From the NCBI GenBank assembly GCA_965222155.1, contig CBDCTH010000012.1:1312001-1376000 (forward strand): a stretch of 64,000 nt of DNA. Reading direction: 5' to 3'. The notes beneath the pieces are model-generated. The model worked only from the letters and a program-made list of their open reading frames with translations, was not told the DNA's origin and made no database searches. This stretch comes from Gammaproteobacteria bacterium (lineage in GTDB: Bacteria; Pseudomonadota; Gammaproteobacteria; Eutrophobiales; Eutrophobiaceae). A program made the position numbers and the translations under genes. Below are positions 1 through 7,353 of the stretch, piece by piece. The stretch's first letter is position 1; the number at the start of each line of letters is the position of its first letter.

Positions 1-2
1 GG

Positions 3-1038
3 AAGAGTCCAACGAAGTCTGTACGAAAGCCCGCAACCCAACCGACAAGAGGCACAACAACCGAGCGCACTGGGACGCGTTGGTCCAGTGTGGCGCTGAC
101 ACTGGTGATAGTAGTAGGGGCCTTGCTGGGCGCTGGCGCCTGGTGGGGTTGGCAGGCATATCCTGAGTGGTTTGGGCAGGGTCCCGGAGGTTCTCCGCCG
201 GTAGTGAAGCAGGCAGCGCCGGTAGAGATAGAGACAGTGACACCGGATGCAACAGAGACCGGGGAACTGGAGCGTAAGCGACAGGAAGCTCTGGAGAGAG
301 AATTAGTTGGTGAAATGGTATCCATCCCCGGCGGCACGTTTCGCATGGGGGACTTGGGTGATAAAGGTGATGATGACGAGAGACCGGTGCACAGCGTGAC
401 GGTACCAGCTTTCAATATGGGAAAGTATGTAGTGACATTTACCCTGTGGGACACTTGTGTTGCGGACGGGGGCTGCGGTCGTTACCGGCCGGATGATGAG
501 GGTTGGGGCCGGGGCAATCGGCCGGTGATAAATGTCTCCTGGGACGATGCCCAGGGATACATTGACTGGTTGAATGACAAGACCGGCGGTAATTTCCGCT
601 TGCCGAGCGAGGCGGAGTGGGAGTACGCAGCCCGTGCCGGGAGCACCACGAAGTACCACTATGGCAACAGTGAGTCACAGCTGTGCCGGTATGCCAATCA
701 TGCAGACAGCAGCACGGATATGGACTGGCGGAACAAGGCCTGTTCTGACGGTGTCGGCATAGGCACTGCTGCGGTGGGTCGCTATCAGCCGAACAGTTAT
801 GGACTTTACGACATGCACGGCAACGTGTGGGAGTGGACAGAGGACTGCTGGAACGACAGTTACGCGGGGTCGCCGAGCGACGGCCGCGCCTGGGAACTGG
901 GGGACTGCGGCCGGCGTGTGGTTCGCGGCGGTTCCTGGGACTTCTTTCCGTGGGTACCTGCGTTCCGCCTTCCGTAACTGGTATACCCGCTCGGACCGCA
1001 GCAGCAACGTCGGCTTCCGCTTGGCCCAGGACAAGTAG
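3..1038 (+). CDS. DGR target: single-pass membrane protein with C-terminal FGE-sulfatase (CLec-fold) domain; 5'-partial, +1 frameshift at about 952-954
   Basis: Frame is open from nt 3. TM helix VALTLVIVVGALLGAGAWWGW. Motifs RPVINVSWDDA, RLPSEAEWEYAAR, GLYDMHGNVWEW, RVVRGGSW. The canonical end GFRLAQDK* (stop 1036-1038) is in a shifted frame; the unshifted ORF stops at 977. Confidence 0.93.
910..1029 (+). repeat. DGR variable repeat (VR)
   Basis: 120-nt copy of 2596-2714 with 18 substitutions at TR adenines and one inserted base. Confidence 0.96.
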
Positions 1039-1118
1039 GACGAAGGCGAGATACGATGCAGGTTGAGCAGGGCTGTCTGCCGGGATTCCCTTTAAACTTT
1101 TCCCTTTTTCCCTTTTCT

Positions 1119-1139
1119 GCCCGGCGCATAGCGCCGGGC
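1119..1139 (+). promoter_or_regulatory. GC-rich hairpin downstream of VR (DGR target-recognition hairpin and/or terminator)
   Basis: GCCCGGCGC-ATA-GCGCCGGGC, perfect 9-bp stem, followed by a T-rich run. Confidence 0.65.
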
Positions 1140-1167
1140 CGTTTTTATTATTTATAGGAGTCCCGTT

Positions 1168-1521
1168 ATGCAAACCACAGATACAAACTTACCCCAGGTC
1201 ATCGATGATTGTCATGAACTGCTCAAATGGCTGATACCGTTGCTGGACAAGTTCCCCCGCGCCCGGCGCTTCACTCTGGGGGAGCGCCTGGAATCCGGCC
1301 TGCTGGCCGTCCTTGAAGAGTGTATTGACGCCGCCTATAGCAAGCACAAGCGCACCCAACTCAGTGCCGCTAACCGGCGCCTGGCCTCCGTCCGGCACCT
1401 GTGGCGCCTGGCCTATGAACTGCGGGTGATACCCCGGAATCGTTACTATCATGGGAGTCAGCGACTGGTGGGCATCGGCATACAAATCGGCGCCTGGCAG
1501 AAATCACGGGCGGCGGGTTGA
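1168..1521 (+). CDS. avd: DGR accessory variability determinant (Avd, four-helix bundle)
   Basis: 117-aa basic helical protein with LLKWLIPLLDKFPRARRFTLGERLE; RBS present; directly upstream of the RT. Confidence 0.93.
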   Translation: MQTTDTNLPQVIDDCHELLKWLIPLLDKFPRARRFTLGERLESGLLAVLEECIDAAYSKHKRTQLSAANRRLASVRHLWRLAYELRVIPRNRYYHGSQRLVGIGIQIGAWQKSRAAG

Positions 1522-1524
1522 GAC

Positions 1525-2607
1525 ATGCACCGTATCGGGCGCATCTGGGAACAAGTGGTTACCATGGATAACCTCTATTCGGCATATTGCAAGGCCAGGA
1601 AGGGCAAACGTCGCAGGCCGGACGTGGCGCATTTCAGCCTGGAGCTGGAGCAGAACTTGCTGGTGCTTCAGCAGGAACTGATAACCGGCACATATACCCC
1701 TGGCGCCTACCGGCAGTTCACCGTCTATGAGCGCAAACCCCGGTTGATATCAGTCGCGCCGTTCCGGGACCGGGTGGTGCACCATGCCGTCATGCACGTC
1801 CTGGAACCCTTGCTGGACAAACGCTTCATCCCGGACACCTACGCCTGCCGCAAGGATAAGGGCGTGCACCGGGCGGTGGACCGTTATCAGCAGTTTGCCC
1901 GGGATAACGCTTACGTATTAAAACTGGATATTGCCCGCTATTTTCCCTCCATAGACCGGACCATACTGAAACAGCAACTGGCCCGGCGCATCAAGGATAA
2001 ATATGTCCTGGACTTGTTGCACAGGATTATCGACAACGGGCCCGAAACAGACGTGCCGGTCCGGTTTTTTCCCGGCGATGACCTGGTCGCCGTCAGCGAG
2101 CGACAGCGCGGGCTGCCCATCGGCAACCTGACCAGTCAGTTTTTCGCCAACCTGTACCTGGACGAGTTCGACCACTGGTTGAAAGAGTCCCAACGAGTGA
2201 AGGGCTATCTGCGTTACGTGGATGACCTCTACTTGCTGGACAATGATAAACAAAGGCTGTGGGCGCTACGGGACGTAGTCGCTGATAAACTGCAGGAAAT
2301 CAGGTTGATATTGCACGCTGACAAAACCCAAATTTATCGTACGACGGAACGCGTGGACGTGTTGGGTTACAGACTGTCCCGTTATCGGCGCTGGCTGCGC
2401 AATGACAACGGCTTCCGGTTCCGGCGCCGGTTAAGACACATGAGCAGTATGTATCGGGAAGGACAGATAGACTGGCCAACCCTGAATGCTTTGGTACAAA
2501 GCTGGATTGGGCATGCCCGTCATGCCGAGACGGAGGGGTTGCGGGAGGTGATATTCAGTCGGGTCAGTTTTTGCAGAGGAGCGGGCCAGAGCGAAGCCAG
2601 CGTGTGA
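1525..2607 (+). CDS. DGR reverse transcriptase
   Basis: 360 aa; KPRLISVAPFRDRVVHHA, LKLDIARYFPSI, GLPIGNLTSQFFANLYL, YVDD; no intron maturase or endonuclease domain. Confidence 0.96.
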   Translation: MHRIGRIWEQVVTMDNLYSAYCKARKGKRRRPDVAHFSLELEQNLLVLQQELITGTYTPGAYRQFTVYERKPRLISVAPFRDRVVHHAVMHVLEPLLDKRFIPDTYACRKDKGVHRAVDRYQQFARDNAYVLKLDIARYFPSIDRTILKQQLARRIKDKYVLDLLHRIIDNGPETDVPVRFFPGDDLVAVSERQRGLPIGNLTSQFFANLYLDEFDHWLKESQRVKGYLRYVDDLYLLDNDKQRLWALRDVVADKLQEIRLILHADKTQIYRTTERVDVLGYRLSRYRRWLRNDNGFRFRRRLRHMSSMYREGQIDWPTLNALVQSWIGHARHAETEGLREVIFSRVSFCRGAGQSEASV

Positions 2608-2714
2608 TTCGCGGCGGTTCCTGGAACAACAAACCGAGGAACCTGCGTTCCGCCAACCGTAACAGGAATACCCGCTCGAACCGCAACAACAACATCGGCT
2701 TCCGCTTGGCCCAG
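2596..2714 (+). repeat. DGR template repeat (TR)
   Basis: 119 nt containing 30 adenines and ten AAY codons; matches VR at all non-A positions. Confidence 0.96.
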
Positions 2715-3229
2715 TCCGCCCGTTGCCCGGAGTGGCCGTTTTCACGGAAACGGCCAGCGCGGCAGACGGGTGTCCATGAGCCTGCTTCCGGGTTGGGCAG
2801 GGAAGCCCGGGCAAATAGCGCTGTGAGGAAGATAAGGCCGAGGCGAGTAACGGGTGCGAAAGTCTCGGTGATGGGCTTTAAGCTTGGCGTAAATCACCGC
2901 ACCAGGCAGGAGGCTTCCCCCTGCTACCCGCAATATCTGTAATCAGGCGCGTCCAAGGGCATCGGGTGTTCCCGTTAAATCGCTGAGACGGCGATTATGA
3001 CGGTCAGATTTTCCCGGACTGTGTCCAATCCAGGGAAATGCAGGTCTTCTCAATCACCCAGCCCCCAAGTTATGCCTTGTTCATGTGGTTATATTGGGGT
3101 AACACGTTCATCTTCCCGGCTGCTTTTCTGTCGGCAGAGTCCGGAGAAAGGCTGGTATTGCGTATTTACAAAATATTTTGTACTAACCAATGGATGAATC
3201 TTGTAAATCGTCTAACGGTTAACATTTTT

Positions 3230-3781
3230 CTACTGTCTTCTCCTGGCACTACATAGTCGATGTTCCGCCTCATAGTAACCATCGATGAAATCGCCATCTA
3301 TGAAACGTTTCGCAACAGTGGCAGGGTCTCCCTGGACTTCAAGTGCGTCCAGAGCAGCCGCAAACATCTTTTCGATATCGGCTTTGATATTCCGGGTAAT
3401 TTTGAATTTGCTTCTCGAACGTGACAAAAGACATTTAGAGAAATGGTTATAGTAGTCAAAGACATCTCTGGACCATAAGAAAGTATCTTTACGCATCACA
3501 AGTAAGCGTAGTCGACGATCAAACTCATATAGCATTATGACTTCGTTGAAATGAGTTCCTTCCTCATAGGTACCTGAGATGGTGCCATCCTGTTCTTTCT
3601 TGCGGAATGGGTGCCAGTAGGCGCTCAGACGGTAGTAACTGATGGTTCTGAGTTGAGATAAGGCAAAGTCATTATTATCAATAATCAGGCCGCGATCTTT
3701 CAGTTGTTGCAGTTGTTGTTCAAACGTGAGAGGAGATTTCGTGTAGACTTCAACCACTGTGAGACCTCGGAGCGCAGACAA
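3230..3781 (-). pseudogene. Truncated/chimeric Abi family (AbiD/AbiF, Abi_2) protein
   Basis: N-terminus KSPLTFEQQLQQLKDRGL...ISYYRLSAY...LYEFDRRLR is typical of Abi_2; similarity ends after about 95 aa and the C-terminal HEPN part is missing. Confidence 0.8.
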
Positions 3782-3826
3782 AAAAAGCCGCCAAGGTTGC
3801 GCATTGTTAAGAGGCGTGACGGCTAT
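3779..3826 (-). ncRNA. abiF-like structured RNA upstream of the Abi gene
   Basis: Minus strand AGCCGTCA-cgcctcttaacaatgcgcaacct-TGGCGGCT-T7: 8-bp stem with one G-U pair, large loop and U-tract, immediately 5' of an Abi_2 gene. Confidence 0.6.
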
Positions 3827-4263
3827 GTTAGATACATTGTAGCGCTAGTGGATGGCAGATTCAAGAGAATTTTGATGTCTTCCTGTAAAACAGGTAAGGA
3901 ACTGTTCCTTTGTGTAATGACATAGTCAACTTCTTGAGTACCATCCAACACATTTGAGATACTTACAAGTACAAATCATAACTCGAATCATCGAGCATGC
4001 CGAGTTCGATTCAAGACATGATCAATTACTTTTGGCTGTTTACCTAAGAAAACTCTGACTTAATCTCAGAGTTTCCCTAAATACAAAAAGTATTATAACA
4101 ACAAGCCGCCATAGGCGTTCAGAATTTATTTGGGCAACCGGAACAAAGAGTGACGGGAAAAAGGGGAATTGAGTCGAAATTTGTTTGCTGAGGTTCACCT
4201 TGATCTTGACCAGCCACCAGACCGATTCGATCGCAATTTATACAGGGTATAATTGGAATGAAT

Positions 4264-4787
4264 TCATGGGGAGGGTGTCACGGTAGTCGCTATCTGGATT
4301 TCTGGCGGTAACCCCATAGAATCCGTCTCACCCAATATGTCTTCATTCAGCCGTGTTTCCAATGTCCTGATGTTTTCTATCAGCGATGAAAACGAAGGTT
4401 TGTCTCCGAACAACATGACTTTCATCAGGTTGTAATCGGTTTCCAGGCTTTTATGGAGTTCATCCTGGGGGATCAGCCTGATGCCGTCTGTTTCAATTTT
4501 ACCCAGTTTCATCCAGCCCCTGCGATAGAGCAATTGTGCATGTGATATGACGTTAGTGAACAGCACCCTATATAGACCTTGGAGAGTGAAGTCCCGCCCC
4601 TGAAAAGCAGACGCGGACGATCAGGCGCATCTGTATTGAACAGCACATCCAGTACATGGCAGGTTCAGAGGTCTTTTTCTATATATTCAGGCAGAGTACT
4701 CATTTTTTCAGCAGCAATCCTATATACATTGCGACGCTGATCGTCAGGCAAGTTAAGAAATGCGTTAATTTGCGGATTAATGCTCAT
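4264..4787 (-). pseudogene. AbiEii-type nucleotidyltransferase toxin, inactivated
   Basis: ATG at 4787 overlaps the antitoxin stop; reads ...YIEKDL*TCHVLDVLF...LLFRGGTSLSKVY (TGA at 4665-4667), then jumps to the C-terminal LIPQDELHKSLETDYNLM...PSF segment, implying an internal deletion. Confidence 0.8.
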
Positions 4788-5404
4788 GCCGCATCACCCT
4801 GCAGTTGCTTGATAATAGGAACCGCCCAGGACGGCAGCAGTGCAATGCCCTCCATGAGATCCCGTTTGACGTAATCGGGCAATTGACTGCGTAACCGCTC
4901 TGCGATCCTGTTCTGGGGATACGTGGCAATCCGGCGACCGAACCACAACAGGGCGTTAACGACCGGACAGCCAGGACGTCCGTACCACCGCATCAACCGT
5001 GTGCCTGCGTGCTTGAATTCAATGGTGGTCTGATTCACTTTGACATTACGGCTGGGACCGTCCGTCAGGTACATTGGTATGACCTGCACTGCATTGGTCA
5101 GTCCCAGATGGTTGGCTGCATACATACCGCCGTCGACTACACGGATACCGTCCCGGCGGGTAATAGCGGCCACGGCCTGATCCAGGTCGGGCGGCACAAC
5201 TTGTTTCGTTATAATGCACGTCTGTGGCCAGTCGTACAGGCCCCGTCCAACGCGTCGCAGGCGCCCGCGCGTCACCAGCCTGGACAAGGCCTGGTCCACC
5301 GCGGCCCGTGACCCCAGGTCCAGGAAGTCTTTAGGCGTGCAGACCCACTTGCCGCGGCCATGGCCTCGGACTCTATTCATTATTTTGTCGGACAAATGAT
5401 TCAT
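4784..5404 (-). CDS. DUF6088/AbiEi-like type IV antitoxin (wHTH)
   Basis: DFLDLGSRAAVDQALSRL...LRRVGRGLY, AANHLGLTNAV, YLTDGPSR motifs; upstream of the AbiEii remnant. Confidence 0.85.
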   Translation of the reverse strand: MNHLSDKIMNRVRGHGRGKWVCTPKDFLDLGSRAAVDQALSRLVTRGRLRRVGRGLYDWPQTCIITKQVVPPDLDQAVAAITRRDGIRVVDGGMYAANHLGLTNAVQVIPMYLTDGPSRNVKVNQTTIEFKHAGTRLMRWYGRPGCPVVNALLWFGRRIATYPQNRIAERLRSQLPDYVKRDLMEGIALLPSWAVPIIKQLQGDAA

Positions 5405-5459
5405 TCAACCAGTACCGTAACTATGACAGACAGCAATCATCTTAATCAGATATTATAGC

Positions 5460-5743
5460 CATAATATCTGACACTTTACAACTTGTTGAAACAGGCTAAA
5501 GGGGTCGACTTGCTGATTCATTCTGTTGCTATTGGCAGTCGCGAACTGGAAAAAGCCGCCCCGGATTATGTCAATTATTTCTACGAATATTTGGCCAGTC
5601 CGGAAACAGCTGCACACGTACTCAGCCAAACGAAACCTGGTTTGGCTGTTTTTTCGCATGTCTTGCTTTATAGTCAAGGAAACATCGCCCGCGCCACCGA
5701 ATCGGGAATAGTCGAGCGTACGACCCACAAGTACGCCACTTAG
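5460..5743 (+). pseudogene. C-terminal fragment of an RNase Z-like MBL-fold hydrolase
   Basis: AKGVDLLIHSV...AAHVLSQTKPGLAVFSH; no N-terminal HxHxDH region. Confidence 0.55.
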
Positions 5744-5990
5744 AACTCTGATTGTGTGATTTTCCCTGGGTAAAACAGTCCCTGCCAGCCTTAACATCAA
5801 TCGATGGTTGGCCGTCGTTGCAATAGTTCTTGCATTTTCGGCATCGTCATCGCCATTGCTGGTTTCCTGGAAGTAGCAAACATGACCATAAGGCTCGGCC
5901 AATAGTGTCTTACGTAACACTGGTAAGAGAATGATATACAGGTCTGAACTTCTGCTATAATTACATGGAAACTTACAAGGAAGTCGCAAC

Positions 5991-6275
5991 ATGGATATCG
6001 GGTTTATAGGGGACAAAGACAAATACCAGGAAGTTCGGAGGAAACACCGGATTCAGTTTTATGAGGTGGTATCCGCATTTGATGATCCGAACGGATATGA
6101 AGTTTTGCACCCGACAAGGCATGCAGGACGACGGATGTGGATAGGAGAAACAGCCGGCAGCAGGGTATTAACCTTGATATATTCAGACGAGGAGTTACCA
6201 CTGTACCGGTTAATCACTGCATTTGGTGCAGGAGGAAGATTACTGGATGAATACTACAACAGAAAAAGAATTTGA
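5991..6275 (+). CDS. BrnT-family toxin
   Basis: 94 aa; RKHRIQFYEVVSAFDDP...IGET...LTLIYS...RLITAF. Confidence 0.75.
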   Translation: MDIGFIGDKDKYQEVRRKHRIQFYEVVSAFDDPNGYEVLHPTRHAGRRMWIGETAGSRVLTLIYSDEELPLYRLITAFGAGGRLLDEYYNRKRI

Positions 6276-6414
6276 TTACCAGGCTTACCTGATAGAAAAT
6301 CCTCCGGCCCTGACTGACATTCAGCGCGGGCCGGAGGCGCGTGAGAAACGCCGGGAAGCCGCCTTGAAACGGATTTTGCAGGACAAGCAGTCAGAAGACC
6401 ACGATACGCAGTAA
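6247..6414 (+). CDS. Putative cognate antitoxin, apparently lacking a C-terminal DNA-binding domain
   Basis: Short ORF overlapping the toxin 3' end; assignment is positional. Confidence 0.45.
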   Translation: MNTTTEKEFDYQAYLIENPPALTDIQRGPEAREKRREAALKRILQDKQSEDHDTQ

Positions 6415-6571
6415 CATTGCGTCAGTGGAGCCGGCCCCGCACGGGTAAACTACAGGGAAGTAGTTTGTGGTCCCTCTCTAATGGCAATTTTACCCTGACC
6501 CCACATACGATTGTCCCTTCTTGAATTCTGTGGGTAAAATGGCGGGTATATCCAACCATTGCAGGTGTGTC

Positions 6572-7297
6572 ATGAAAACGCATCAATCAGCCAAACTTTT
6601 TGTCTTCTGCCTTTTGGTTATTCTCTACTGCGGCAATCCTGCCGCCAATGAAGCGGAACAGCCGGTATCCCTTGAACGGCAGGTTGAGGGACTCTGGTTG
6701 TATACCGGTTTGATTACCTCAAGTGGTGAAGACTTGCCACTGAATGGAATTTTCCTGTTCAGGAATGGCATTTTTGTACAATACGCCCAGTTCAAAGGTG
6801 AGCCGGGTCAGGTTCAGGGAGCGATGGCCCATGCAGGCCCTTACTCAGCAGGTGACAATTTCATCCATTTAGTGGCTGAACAAACCATCAGCACGGCACC
6901 ATCAAAAATTCCTCCACTCACGTACCCGGGTCTCACGGAACATGACGTTGATGTCAGACGCGTGAATGATGAACTGACTTTAATCTTCAAGGGGAGTGGA
7001 ACGGTACAAATCTTTGAGCTGGCCGGACCAGGTGAAGGTAAAGTGTATAAGCTGGAAAACGGGGCACTGGCCCTCGTTGACGACTATTTTATTCTAGTTA
7101 ACGGTGATGAAAATGGCGTTGATACCGGTTATGGCAGGTATGAATCGAAAAATGATGCCATCAGGCTCGACATAGCCTACTGGACATCAGCGAATAAATC
7201 TTCAGCTTCCAATACTAACCATACCAGTATGAACGCTACGTTTGATGGCCAGAACTTGACTCTGGAAGATGGTCGACGCTTTCAGGTCCTTCCCTGA
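6572..7297 (+). CDS. Hypothetical exported beta-rich protein
   Basis: Signal-peptide-like N-terminus from ATG 6572; no recognised family. Confidence 0.65.
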   Translation: MKTHQSAKLFVFCLLVILYCGNPAANEAEQPVSLERQVEGLWLYTGLITSSGEDLPLNGIFLFRNGIFVQYAQFKGEPGQVQGAMAHAGPYSAGDNFIHLVAEQTISTAPSKIPPLTYPGLTEHDVDVRRVNDELTLIFKGSGTVQIFELAGPGEGKVYKLENGALALVDDYFILVNGDENGVDTGYGRYESKNDAIRLDIAYWTSANKSSASNTNHTSMNATFDGQNLTLEDGRRFQVLP

Positions 7298-7353
7298 GTA
7301 TCAAGCCAAGTCCCGTAATTCGCCCGATACAATGCTGACGATGAGAGGCTGCA

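Larger units (their letters stand above)
3..2870 (+). mobile_element. Diversity-generating retroelement (target/VR - hairpin - avd - RT - TR - spacer)
   Basis: Co-located CLec/FGE-fold target, Avd-like ORF, RT with GNLTSQ and YVDD motifs, and a TR/VR pair whose substitutions are all at TR adenines. Confidence 0.97.

Noticed and set aside
90-1038. FGE-domain protein as the formylglycine-generating enzyme for the sulfatase at 53 kb
   Set aside because: The catalytic Cys pair expected after RGGS is absent; that segment is the DGR variable region
1048-1060. 13-mer GAGATACGATGCA shared with 57008-57020 near the tRNAs, as a possible att site
   Set aside because: Tens of 13-mer matches are expected by chance in 64 kb, and it is not part of a tRNA 3' end
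1525-2607. RT as a group II intron, retron or CRISPR-associated RT
   Set aside because: It has the SQ motif, adjacent avd and a TR/VR pair; no intron domains, msr-msd or cas genes are present
2821-2870. Hammerhead ribozyme in the DGR spacer
   Set aside because: CTGTGAG and GAAA are present, but the CUGANGA core and three-stem geometry do not fit
2571-2942. 123-aa ORF resembling an FGE C-terminus
   Set aside because: It is a translation of TR plus spacer; the stop-free AAC-rich frame is expected for a TR
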